Source: Ancylonema sp. | Lineage: Eukaryota | Assembly: GCA_050230475.1 (NCBI GenBank) | Contig: JBFLGF010000033.1 | Coordinates: 62,001-122,481, forward strand | Direction: 5' to 3' | DNA: 60,481 nt | Shown: piece by piece, positions 13,601-25,793 of the stretch | Layout: the number at the start of each line of letters is the position of its first letter | Numbering within the stretch: position 1 is the stretch's first letter | The notes under the pieces: model-generated | What the model was told of the DNA's origin: nothing | The model's database searches: none | The model's input: the letters and a program-made list of their open reading frames with translations, nothing else | Made by a program: the position numbers and the translations under genes

Positions 13601-16600
13601 ACAGCCTCCACAGCCGTGCCTTGGGGGAGGAGGGGGGAGTAGGTCTTGGAGGGAGAGGGGAGGAGCCAGCCATGGAGGAAGAAGAGGGGGGGGCGCTTCG
13701 GGCCGTTCTCTGATGAAACCACCTGGTCCAGGTAGAGGGCGGCGAGGAGGAACACCGCCCACTCGACCAGTAGGATGGCGACAGCTGGCAGCATGCCGTT
13801 CTGGGGACTGCTGAGGTCAGCGAACTGCATCCCGGACCGGCCGTTCTGGTAGGCCGCAAGGAAGGAGTACTGGGAGAGCTCGTAGAGGCAGCGGAAGAGG
13901 GCGAAGGCGGGGACGAGCTCCATGGCGAAGATGGCCCCACCTGGCGGGAGAGGAGAGGAGTGCGCATCAGCGACGAGAGTGGGTGAGTGAGTGGGGACCT
14001 CGGGGGTGGATTCGGAAAGGAAAAGGGAGAACGTTTGGGGAGACAGGTGTGCGTCATTGCGGGGTGGAGGTTCCACTTTTGTCTTTTTCCTTTTTCTCTC
14101 CCTCTTGCGGTCTTGCTCTCTAGTTGATTGATTGTACAACATGTGTGATTTCTTTAGAATGCGTATGCGTGTTTATCTGTTTGCGTTGGAGTGTCCGATT
14201 CTGCTGTTCATTTCCTATCCTAGGATCAAAAGCTGTGATTCCAATGTGGATGGTGGGGATGGGGGTGAGGTGGGGGTGGGGTGTACGAGGGAAGGTGGGG
14301 TCCTGCAGGAGGTATCGGAAGAGGAACTGCCCCAGCAGCCCCGAGCCGAACACGTAGAGGTAGGCGCAAACATTGGCGGTGGGCACGCGGGCGAAGAGGG
14401 TGGAGGCCAGGATGGCGAAGGCCAGCTGCGTGTTCACGAAAACGAAGAAGAAGATGATCTGGATGGCGTAGCTGTTGGACCGGAAAAAGTTGAGGCCTGG
14501 AGAGACAAGGATTGGCGGGGGGGGGAGGGGTGTTGTGAGGAGAGAGGAAGAGGAGATGCTGAGGTGGCACTGACGTGGCGCACACCTACGGCAGAGCCAA
14601 TGAGGATGAAGAAGAACATGTAGAGGAGGGAGAGAGTGAGGAAGTAGGCGTAGGTGACGACCCAATAGGAGCTGTCCCCCAGCCCTTGCATCTTCATCAT
14701 CATGCGCAGCCGCCGCTCCTTCTCGTAAACCACAGCAGACAGAATGACCTGGACCCGAACAGGTCCCACATGTGTGGGCACAGGATGCTGACTGGTCACC
14801 ACTCAGATTCGCAGGTTACGGGTTACAGATTCGAGTTACGGGTTACGGGTTACAGGTTGCGTACCGGCAGCAGCAGCTGCAGCAGCCACATGTAGAAGAG
14901 GGGGCCGAGGAGGGAGGAGAAGTCGAGGGAGAGCGTGGTGCCGCCCTTGGGGAAGTCCTTCACAAAGAGGAGGGCCAATGAGGCGGCGCCACCTGTCGCG
15001 TAACGCACAAACGCGTTGGAGGCCTGCAGAGGAATGCGGACCCGATGAGACCATCTGGGCTCACGCCCTTGTATCGAACAGGTGGCAGTGCCCTTGTATC
15101 GAACAGGCGGAAAGATCGAGTGGGGGAAGGATTGTCTCACCAGATTCAGGGCCCGAGGAAAGCGGAAGACGTCGGTTGGGGGACCATCTCCCCCCTGTGC
15201 AGTGGCGTACGTGTAGTTGTACCACACGTTGGCATCGAACCGCCCCGGGCCACTCGTGCGAAAATCGTATGCTGCTCCCCTCCAACACACCGTTGAATTG
15301 AAGAGCCGTACCGATTTCTAGATTTATTGTCAGTGTAGAGTCGCAGAAGGTGACCCCCCCTCATGCCAGAATCATGAGGGAGAGGGTTGGGGGTTGGGAT
15401 GGGGTGGGGTTGGGGTAAGGGGGGGCCTACCTGCGGCATACTCGTTGATGACGGGTTGGGCTGCGAACCGCTGCACATACCCCGAGTAAAGCTCCCCATT
15501 CATTCCGCCACTAGAGTTGCGCCACAGAGCCTTCGCCACCAAGCACTCGAAGCCTGCAGGAGGACATGCCACGTGGCGCAGAGTCAGACATCGTCCTTGC
15601 CAGGCTGGCAGCAGGAGAGGGAGAGAGAGATGGCCGCCCCTACCAGCGCTGACGTTGTAGGATCCGAGTGAGAAACTGAAATTCCTGGTCTGGCTCCGTT
15701 GCCCCCTGCAGGACTGCTGCAGAAGAAACACGGATCGCGGCGCCTGGCTGTCCAAGGAGGCGACAGCTGGCTCCAGCAGCCAGGTGGAAAAAGGGTCGGT
15801 GGTGGTGGCAGGCACAGAGGCTGCCAGATCAGGCAGACAGTTCCCTTGGGCGACTTCACTTGATAGTGCGATTGGATTCGAGGGAGGCTTGAGGAGGAAA
15901 CTGGCGATGCCTGCTCGATAAACGCACACAGGTTGGAGTCTCGTGAGAAAGGGTGGGGGGGGTGCGGGTAACGGGGGACAGCTCACCATCTCCTAGGGTG
16001 CGATTTGCTGCAGTGTAGAGAAGACTGACGGGGCAGCCCTGTCGCGAGCTTTTACAGGAAGCTGGAGGCACATCTGGCGAATTAAAGACCGAGTTCCGCA
16101 CCGCGCGAAAGTGCGAGGGACCGAACTGCTGGAAGGCTGGCCATTGGGGGGGATGGGGCACGGGGCAGAAAGCGACTTGCGTCCCTGTGGAGTACTGGAG
16201 GCCGCACTGGTTGTTGATGCACTCGTTCGCCCCGTTGTATTCGAGGCACTTGCAGCCGCACTTGTACTTGCTATCGGATAGAAGGGCGTTTATGGCGAAT
16301 TGGATCACCAGGAGGAGTACGCAGAGAGCGACGGGCATCATTACAAGGCAACAATTTGTGCCAAAATTCCGCCGCTGCACGCGCAGGAGGGGGGTGCGCA
16401 AGTGTTATTTCATGCCAGCTTTTCCAATTACTTACGCTTATCTACAAGGATACAAAGTCGATCACTGACCTGATATGTGAGATTTTTTCGGAGAAGCGCA
16501 TTGGCTTGCGTCGGAAAGGATGTCCGCACGATCTGCCGCACACTGCGCCTGCTCACACCCGCCTCCTCGTCTGACTCGCGAGAAGTCGACATTTCTATGG

Positions 16601-16604
16601 CCAT
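10639..16604 (-). CDS. ABC transporter subfamily A half-transporter (plant ABCA3-8/ABCA7 type), complete
   Basis: N-terminus QANALLRKNLTYQ; Cys-rich ectodomain CGLQYST; VYEKERRLRMMMKMQGLGD; Walker A GSNGAGKTT (~13300); signature YSGGMKRRLSVA; Walker B VVYMDEPSTGLDP; HSMEEAEALCDRLGIF; C-terminal TTLEDVFIKIA; stop at 10639. Confidence 0.95.
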
Positions 16605-18460
16605 TGCCACCTAGATCCTGGCAACGAGTCAGCGTCGAAGAAGCTACCTCGGGGGAATCAAGGGAGAGAAGATCACGGATCTCCATCATGTCCTCGGAAA
16701 CCCTCGGTTGCTCCATGCGCATCCAGCTGTGGACGGGCAACGTGGCAAGCTCCAGCGCGCATTCATGGACCTGAGTGTATTTCGACGTTTCTTCTCCAAG
16801 GTTAAACCGACAAGTCAACGCCCCTGCTGGCAACCGGCAGTGACGTCAGCCATTTGTTTGCTGCAGCGGCATGTGCGCTACACTGTACCGGCGGGGTCGG
16901 ATTGCGGGTGGACCCCCCTTTCCTCCAGATTTGAAACGCTGTCCCAACGCGAACCCGGTTTGGGTCCCAGGTCGGGAGAGTTGAGAGGAGTTGGAAGGGG
17001 CTGGGAACATTTAAATATCGTCGAGATATTTGGGCCTCAGGGATCTGCAATTTCTCTTCTCACGGGATAATGGATCATACCTCGCAATCCCGTGTGAAGT
17101 AAGTCATCTCACCTTCACGCGCGTCAAACTTGTGAGACTTTATTATCTTGACTCTAAACAGCTCTTCGACTTTCCTACGTACCTGCCCGGCTCCACCCAC
17201 CCTGTATTTCAGCCCCGGATGGACCACCTAGCCCGGTCGAATTATGGTTCTATCCGTTTTCCATGTTAAAATGAAGCACTCTTTCAGGATGTTTGCTGGA
17301 AGGCTGGCCATTGGGGGGGATGGGGCACGGGGCAGAAAGCGACTTGCGTCCCTGTGGAGTACTGGAGGCCGCACTGGTTGTTGATGCACTCGTTCGCCCC
17401 GTTGTATTCGAGGCACTTGCAGCCGCACTTGTACTTGCTATCGGATAGAAGGGCGTTTATGGCGAATTGGATCACCAGGAGGAGTACGCAGAGAGCGACG
17501 GGCATCATTACAAGGCAACAATTTGTGCCAAAATTCCGCCGCTGCACGCGCAGGAGGGGGGTGCGCAAGTGTTATTTCATGCCAGCTTTTCCAATTACTT
17601 ACGCTTATCTACAAGGATACAAAGTCGATCACTGACCTGATATGTGAGATTTTTTCGGAGAAGCGCATTGGCTTGCGTCGGAAAGGATGTCCGCACGATC
17701 TGCCGCACACTGCGCCTGCTCACACCCGCCTCCTCGTCTGACTCGCGAGAAGTCGACATTTCTATGGCCATTGCCACCTAGATCCTGGCAACGAGTCAGC
17801 GTCGAAGAAGCTACCTCGGGGGAATCAAGGGAGAGAAGATCACGGATCTCCATCATGTCCTCGGAAACCCTCGGTTGCTCCATGCGCATCCAGCTGTGGA
17901 CGGGCAACGTGGCAAGCTCCAGCGCGCATTCATGGACCTGAGTGTATTTCGACGTTTCTTCTCCAAGGTTAAACCGACAAGTCAACGCCCCTGCTGGCAA
18001 CCGGCAGTGACGTCAGCCATTTGTTTGCTGCAGCGGCATGTGCGCTACACTGTACCGGCGGGGTCGGATTGCGGGTGGACCCCCCTTTCCTCCAGATTTG
18101 AAACGCTGTCCCAACGCGAACCCGGTTTGGGTCCCAGGTCGGGAGAGTTGAGAGGAGTTGGAAGGGGCTGGGAACATTTAAATATCGTCGAGATATTTGG
18201 GCCTCAGGGATCTGCAATTTCTCTTCTCACGGGATAATGGATCATACCTCGCAATCCCGTGTGAAGTAAGTCATCTCACCTTCACGCGCGTCAAACTTGT
18301 GAGACTTTATTATCTTGACTCTAAACAGCTCTTCGACTTTCCTACGTACCTGCCCGGCTCCACCCACCCTGTATTTCAGCCCCGGATGGACCACCTAGCC
18401 CGGTCGAATTATGGTTCTATCCGTTTTCCATGTTAAAATGAAGCACTCTTTCAGGATGTT
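16127..18460. repeat. Tandem direct duplication, 2 x 1167 bp (16127-17293 and 17294-18460)
   Basis: The ORF set is repeated identically at an offset of 1167. The junction CAGGATGTT|TGCTGGAAGG is at 17293/17294. Confidence 0.97.
17284..17771 (-). pseudogene. Duplicated, truncated 5' copy of the ABCA gene (exon 1 and part of exon 2)
   Basis: Same exons as 16127-16604, but the frame ends ...PQWPAFQQTS* just past the duplication junction. Confidence 0.8.
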
Positions 18461-18697
18461 CCCGAGTCTGTTCATCCATCCATCCATTTTCCCAAGCAAA
18501 TTCCATTTACCTCGAGTCCAACTTGGCGTGGCCGGCTTTGGCTCGAGCGTAAAATGAGTTTGCCGAGTCTCTGATCCGGGGCGAGCTAACGTGGACCGCA
18601 AACTAGGCTCGAGTCTGCCCATCTCCCGAGTCACTCGGATCTTGCAAAATGGAGTGATTCATACCTCTGTTTCCGCAGGTTCGCCACGGCAATTCAC

Positions 18698-18820
18698 ACA
18701 CGTGGCACGTGCCACATGCGAGATTTGGTTTTCCTCTTTCAAAGACAAGGCACTTGTTCATTAGGCTAAACACGTGTGGATTTAGACTCAACACGTGTCG
18801 ATTTAGACTCAACACGTGTT
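18698..18820. promoter_or_regulatory. Cluster of five CACGTG boxes, three of them in a 21-bp tandem repeat, between the divergent ABCA genes
   Basis: CACACGTGGCACGTG at ~18700 and (AACACGTGTsGATTTAGACTC) x ~2.5 at 18769-18820. Confidence 0.45.
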
Positions 18821-19069
18821 ATTCACATCCACATTTGTTGATCACAACAACAAAAGTAGCCACAATAACATACATTGGGCCATACCAATTCAGGACGAGG
18901 GCTCCGAAAGTCTAGTGGCTGAACCATCTGAAGCCCCAATTTGTCTTCATGGACCGATGACATTACACCACCGCAACCCCGGCCCCTCGGCCCCTCGGCC
19001 CCTCGTCCCCTCGGCCTGAGTGATTCGCCCGGTGACGAATTGAATTAAGACTCATGGACGGGAAATTGC

Positions 19070-19118
19070 TTGTCATGAGATGGGGTTCCCGTCGTATTTC
19101 AATAATATACACTTTCTC
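19070..19118 (+). mobile_element. Extreme 3'-end remnant of the RLE retrotransposon family
   Basis: TTGTCATGAGATGGGGTTCCCGTCGTATTTCAATAATATACACT matches 55612-55656. Confidence 0.7.
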
Positions 19119-19589
19119 CGACAGAACGAGTTTGATCTCCGACTGGCGGGCGACTTCAATTGAGCGGCTTCATTGGGCCCCATGCTAGTAGACACGGCGG
19201 GCGACTTCATTTGGGCGACTTCGTTGGGCCCCATGCTAGTAGACACGTTTCACGTCTCACGTTTGAGATAGAGATGTCGACATTTGTCCACATCTTCTCG
19301 AGGCAAGAGCCTCCAAATTCCTTGGAAACCTGGAAATGCCTCGTCATCACCGACCACAGCAAACACAAGCTGACAGCACACAACGCGGCGTATCGGCCGC
19401 TCTAAAATGACGGCCGATAGTCGACCGTCAATTTATGGGAGGGCATGGCGTTGACGTGTTCTTCGCGCCTCTGCACTCCATTCCCCTGCAAGTCCTGCGT
19501 TACTTCCAGCGGACACAGAAATCGATCACAAATCTCTGACACGCAGCCCGCGTGACATCTCGTCTCTGGTAATTTATTTGCTTGCGGCA

Positions 19590-22250
19590 ATGGACCGTCG
19601 CCGTGGTGTTCTGGCATCCATTGTCCTTCAAACCCGCGCCCTGCTGGTTAAGAACGCCCTCCTGTCTTGGCGCAATCTCACTGCAACCACCTTACAATTG
19701 GGCGCATCGTTCCTATTCATCTTCCTTATCTGGTGCATCCAGGAAGCCATCAACTCGAGTCTCGCAAGTAATCCGTCCTTCCAGGACCTAACTACGCCCC
19801 CCGTGCTGTTAGCGCCTCCCATCCCGGCATGCGAAACTGGTTTCTTCATGTCGTCTCCCTGCTACGACCTTCTCTGGAGTGGGAACGATAGCGCAGTCAC
19901 CACCTCCTTAGTTAGAAACATAAGTGCAAATAATCCTGGAAGACCGTTCGACTTCGCCACCAAGGCACGTCCTCCTCGTCCTTCCCATCCGATTCGCGCT
20001 GCTCGCTAATCCCATGCGGATCAACCTTTAAAAACAAGATTTGCACGATCACAATCCAATCAACCATTTCCGCACACGTCCTCCTAATTCTTTGCTTCTT
20101 CCTCATTGTTTTGTCAGACTTTGGGATTCGCTACGCCTGCTGATGTGGACGTCTGGCTTCTGGCCAACCCGTTCAGAGCCTTAGGGGCGATCCACTTCGT
20201 ACAGCTGGCAGATGGTGGAATCGGATACGGTCTTCAGACCAACAGCAGTGGCGAGCAGGAGCGGGGGATCTATCAGGACCCCACGTTTTTCATGCAGGTG
20301 CCCATGCAGGTGGCTGCGGAAAGGGAGCTCGCCAGATACGTCACCAAAGGTCACTTCCACAGCGCCACCTGGCACCCATCCACCACACACGGGTCTCACC
20401 TGATTGGGGTGGGGGGCTGATGTTTGCAGATTGGGGGTTGAGCTGGAACGTGACCTACTCCCAATTCCCCCACCCTGCCAGCACCTCCTTCTCCGCCGTC
20501 GGCTCCATCGGCCCCACCTTTTTATTTGCTGCCGCCATGTTCAGCTTCGTGACGCAGATGAGCAACCTGGTGGCGGAGCGGGAGCTGAAGCTGCGTCAAG
20601 CCATGTCCACCATGGGTCTCCTGGACACCGCGTACTGGGCCAGCTGGGTGGTATGGGAGATGCTCCTCTCCTTCCTCGGCTCCCTGGCTCTCATGTAACT
20701 CTCTTTGCCCTCCCCGCTCAGCTGCAAGGGTTGCTGTGATACTCGCTTCTATCTGCCGCCCCCAGCAACCAGCAACCAGCAACCACGCATTCCAACCTCT
20801 GTCCCCTCATCCTTGCCAGAGTGTTTGGCATCATCTTTCGGTTCGACTTTTTCCTCAAAAACGACTTCCCCGTCCTCCTCTTCATGTTTTTCCTCTTCCA
20901 GCTCAGCATGGTGAGTCACTCTGCCACCTGTCAGCACCCTCCCAGCGCTGACGTCACCATCCCCCCTTCAGATTGCCGTGGCTTTCCTCCTCTCCACTTT
21001 CATCAACAAATCGCAGTCCGCCACCACTGCAGGATTCGTCGTTTTCATCATTGGCTTCATTTCGCAGGCATGCGCTCGTTTCAGCTCATGCGTGTGAACA
21101 AAAATACCATTTTTTTTCTTATAAAAACAAAAACTCGTTCCACACAAAAAACCCCACCTTCATGGCAACACTTGTCAAAAAGATGGCTAATTGTTAAATT
21201 CTCAACCCCAATGCCCGCCCGCAATCACAAGTCACAGCTCACAACTCTTCTTCATCGCTCCATAATGTGGACCTCTCACTTTATTGCATCGAACTTTGAA
21301 GCAAGTAACCTTCGAAAGTGGCACGTGTCAAAGCTAGGAAATCATGGTTGGGATTCAACACATTTGAATGGTCCAATTTTTTTATCGAATACATATATGA
21401 TACATTACATATAATACTTTGATATATGTACACATGTATACACCCGCACACGCACATGCAGATATGTGTGGGTGGTATTCTACCTGTATGCCATTACACA
21501 TGGTCACTCCTTCTGTACACACACATCTAACAGTCCATCATTTATTTCCCAAAGTCTATGAGTCCATGCATAGATCTTACACCAACATTTCTGTGGGGGG
21601 GGGTGGGGTGGGCAGCTGGTAGTCACATTTGGGTTTCCCTACGGGCCCACTTTTAGCTCTTACCTCAGGGTCATCTGGTCCCTTTTCCCCCCCAACCTCT
21701 TTGCCCTCGGCCTCCAGTACTTGGGGAATGCTAGCGCGGGGGAAGGCAATAAGGGTATCAAGTGGGGGCAGATAGGGGAGTGCAACCCTGCGTCGGCTCC
21801 ATGTGCCTTAACCATGGTCTCAATCCAACCACCTCCACTCGAAAGTGCTTATAGTAGACTTGAATCACACCTCTGTATAGGCACACTTCATTTTAGGATA
21901 CTTTTTCAGAAAGTGAAGGGAGGTTCAACCAAACCACTTTTTTTAAAGATGCCCATTGAGTAAACAACCTGAAAATTGGAATCTTTCATTTCATTTATTT
22001 GGGCTACATTGACACGGAGAGACTCTATTAGCCCCCAGTGTTCTATCTCCCCTTTTTTAACCCCTCACATTCGATGACGGATGTGCTCCTCCCCCCCGCT
22101 CCCCGGGCCTGAAGCATGTGAGACAATAGGGACAGCTGTCAGATCTCTGACGTGCACGTCTTGTTTGTGTGTGCAGAGCCAAATTTTTATGGCGCTGATG
22201 GCGTCTTTTTTTGTTTACTTTCTGTTCGCCCTCTACTGCGATAACGTCTC
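19590..22250 (+). CDS. ABCA half-transporter, plant ABCA2/ABCA9 type; transmembrane half only, NBD exons absent
   Basis: QTRALLVKNALLSWRN...PPIPACE..F...PCYDLLWSGNDS...NNPGRP; YGLQTNSS; GPTFLFAAAMFSFVTQMSNLVAERELKLRQAMSTMGL; FFLKNDF; WSLFPPNLFA; FALYCDNV. Homology then stops, and no Walker motifs appear downstream. Confidence 0.88.
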
Positions 22251-22923
22251 TCAAGGACTCTCTCTCGAGCGGTGAGCTGCCTCTGGCTGGTGCTGGTGAG
22301 GTGGCTCTGATTACTGGGTGTGGAAGCCCAATGAGAACAGTTGCTTAAAGTTCCTCATCCCCCGATGTGAGGATGCGAAACAGAACCCCCCTGTTTGCCT
22401 GTCCCTGCAGGCTGCTGTTTTTGAAACGGATGGACAGATGTCCTTTGGGATGGGGGCGGGGGTTGCAGCCGTTTTTTTTGGGGGGTACGAGAGAGTGAAG
22501 AAAGAGGTACGGCAAATCCATCAACGGCAGCTATGGGTTGAGCATATGATTTTGTTATGTCTCAATTGGGGGATTCATTTTGTGATCGAGGCATGCAAGT
22601 GCATCGTTTGAGAGATGTTCCCCCCACCAGGCCCACCCTCCACACCTTCACCCGGGGCACCTGTGGGGCCCGCATGAGTGCAGGTGCCTATAGGAGTATC
22701 TCAAGTGGCCCTCCCTGAGTCGGAGTCGGTGGACGCCCCTCAAGGGCTCATGGTGGTGCTGACGTGGCAACAAGATGAGAGTGGAGGCCTCCGGGTGGCC
22801 CATTGCTCGCCACCTGGCCCCGTGCCTCCCACAGCCCGAGTCATCGGAAGTTTGGGAGGGGTGGGGGCAAAGGTACCCAAGGGGGTCCTTGTAGGACTGC
22901 AAGTGGAAATGTTGGAGGAATGA
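22250..22923 (+). other. Orphan 3' exons of an unrelated, unidentified gene
   Basis: Canonical splice sites join SRTLSRA / AAVFETDGQMSFGMGAGVAAVFFGGYERVKKE (22410-22506) / VPIGVSQVALPESES...GLQVEMLEE* (22684-22923) in one frame, which differs from the ABCA frame. Confidence 0.55.
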
Positions 22924-23604
22924 GAAAGGGGGATGCTGGAATCGGTCCTCGCACTGCTCAGAAGTGGATGTATTCAATGACTGCGGTCTGTAACATATTC
23001 TCTCATGTTTCGTTTTCCGAAATTATTTTGATACTTGAAGCTCACGTTGGATCGAGATTTGGTTTTGTAGCGAGTCATGTTATGTCACGCAAGCATGTGC
23101 CTTCACGTGGCACTATCATTCAAGCTCCTCATTTGGGGTTTTGAACATAAAGATCCGATAATAAAGCAATGCAAACAAAGCAATGGAGCACTACCTTGAT
23201 GGTCGTGTTCCACTTTTTGTTGTGAACACACAGTATTGCAATTGCATTGACCAATGTTTGACTTTTTCGTTCATCGTGCTCCATCACCCACATTAACGAT
23301 TGCTGATAGAATTGTGTCACATGTAGCTCATGTGCAATCACAGATTTGAGTTGCCTCGTGCCAACATTTCATACACCTTGATCGCTTGCGGTGCTTGCGG
23401 TTTCTTTGGTGTATTTACTTGGAGTCTCCTTAGCAATTTTAGCAATTTAAGTCCCCCCCCAGAGACCCAATCCACTACTGAAACAGGGGCCACCTCAGCG
23501 AATGCAAATTGTGGAGCGATAGGTCGGGGTCTCGAAGGATATTTGCCACAAGTGTACCACATCGTCGGGTGATTGCTTCGAGCATGGTTTCGAGTGCATA
23601 TTTG

Positions 23605-24750
23605 TGCTGTCGTGCCATCTAACATCGTGCAATTGTGACAATTGCACTTGTCATACTACTGTTATAACGGACTTCGCCGTTTTACGCACTTCACACGTGC
23701 GACACACACTTTCTAGCTTCCTATATGGTTGAGCACACAAGTATATATGATGATCTAGTCGAGATCCGTCGCATGCTTATGTGCGATAACATTGTCTAAT
23801 GTACATCATTGAGCATACATGCATATGTTATGATCTAGTCAAGACTTGCCACATGTCTATGTGCGATAACATTGTATAATGTACACCAAATAAAAATTTC
23901 CAAACTACCTAAGGCAAGGTAATGCCTTTGGTCTAACATAGAGTGTTGAAACTTGAATATTTTATTACAATGCCAAATTCTGTCGATCTGAATGGAAAAG
24001 ATAATCACACTCAAATGCAAGGAATTCACGTAGATTGACAAAACCAGCCGAACCGCGATTACGAAACGAGTTGTAGGGCGAATTCAACATCGGTTCCCGA
24101 GGTGTTCATATCTCGAATGAGATCTGTGCACCAAGATTCCCTAACAACCTACGATCGGTTTGCAACGCATAAAATCTAGCCTGCCGTCAAAACATACTTG
24201 CCAATCGATTTCCTAGCCAAGTATTCTTCAATTGCCGGCACTTAAATTACTACGATGCAATGCATGGCTGCCACGCCTTATTTTTGGCTGTCTTGCCGTC
24301 TAATGACAATGCCGATCTAAGCTTTCTATGGTGTATACTGTACGATACAACAATGCAGTACCCTAATCTTTGTCGTGACGTATTGCAAACATAACCCGGC
24401 AGTAACTCTGCCGGCAGCCTGTACTGCTGTACTTGAGTAATTGTATCGGACGACATATGTGGATCTACAATTTTATGATAGCATGCTGCTGGAAGTCTGC
24501 CTCTTGGAAGGTCACTGTTGATGGCAGGGTATTGCGTTCATTATAGCCTTCATTTGACAATCGAAACTTGAGTACACATACGCCCGTCTGGGCACGCGCC
24601 AAATTGTAATGTTACCGCGCAAAATCCACGCATGTGTCAATCATGGTTCAAGGACACAACACCCGCACCCACCCCATTTATTGTGTAAGCACATGCACCC
24701 ATTCCCCCATAAATCACCATAGAGGCACCCGATTGTATATTGTCCGATAG
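23605..24750 (+). mobile_element. Diverged solo copy of the arm sequence of the 50.2-54.2 kb inverted-repeat structure
   Basis: Shared blocks in the same order: TGTCGTGCCAT, CTAGTCGAG, TACCTAwGGCAAGG..TGGTCT..TAGAGTGTT, CCAGCCGAAC, CGGTTCCCGAGG, and the terminus TGTCCGATAG at 24750. Confidence 0.75.
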
Positions 24751-25793
24751 TGCCTTCTCCATTCAAGTTTCGCGATTGAGTGCCCTTATTTGTGCATTGT
24801 GCATTTAATTATTTGTAGTATGACTTTTGACCTTCACGTCCTCCTCCTAGTCCTCCTCTCGCGAGAACGCATATGCGAACATGAGGTCCAAATAGAGGCA
24901 AATGGAGTACACGAGTACATACGATCGTAAGAGTAAAGAAGAATCTTTCTGCTAGCTTTGCCTAGCGTGTTTGGTTGCGATCTTCAATACTTGTTTTCAT
25001 CGTGTTGCGTGTTAAGGATTGTAGCTTTCCCAGTTACATATTCTTGTAAGTAAGATGGGATTCCCAGCGTCTATCATTGAATATAAAACAGTAAACTTTC
25101 CAAAAGTTAGTGATTATATTTCTTTGATTACTTCTAATAAAAATATCCGGCTTACCACATGGGATAATCCTGATGTGATCACATAATATGAGTTCTACTG
25201 TGCCGATATTTTGGCTGAGGAGTGCTCATCTTCTAATGTGGAAGCTAGGGAGAGCTAGCAGTTCACTTTGCGACGACCTCCTTCCTGTAATAACTTAATG
25301 TACTCCCTCTAAATCAATCACTTCTTGCCACCGACAAGTTCACGACGTATCGCCCAGTGAATCTCTTCGTGATCGGCGGCGCTGACACCTGTCGTATTCG
25401 GTGAAACTTTGGTGGCCGGGCACTCGTGTCCCCTCAGATGTGTATCAGAAGTAATCACGCAAACGGGGGAAATACAAAGACACAAACCGGCAAGGTTGGC
25501 TGAAGCGGTTCGTTGCCCTCGCCAGATCAAGCTTCCACATACGTGTGCGGACAACCGAGTCCAACACAAACCACATGCACGCCGGACGTCTTCGTGACCT
25601 CGCACGGATACTACCTGAAGGGGAGCAATACACCACTAGAAATATCTCCACAGTTTATTGAGCGCGCCAGGAAGAGCGGTCGAGGAGTAGAGGCGTGTCA
25701 ATCCCACCCTGATTGCTCCTGTACACTTTCCTGGATTCTGCCCGGCAAATTACAGAGTGCCATCACCAGGAGCACTTTAAACGCAAAGTCGCC

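Noticed and set aside
13100..16100. Many long plus-strand ORFs over the ABCA gene
   Set aside because: Antisense or alternate-frame shadows of GC-rich exons with no recognisable motifs.
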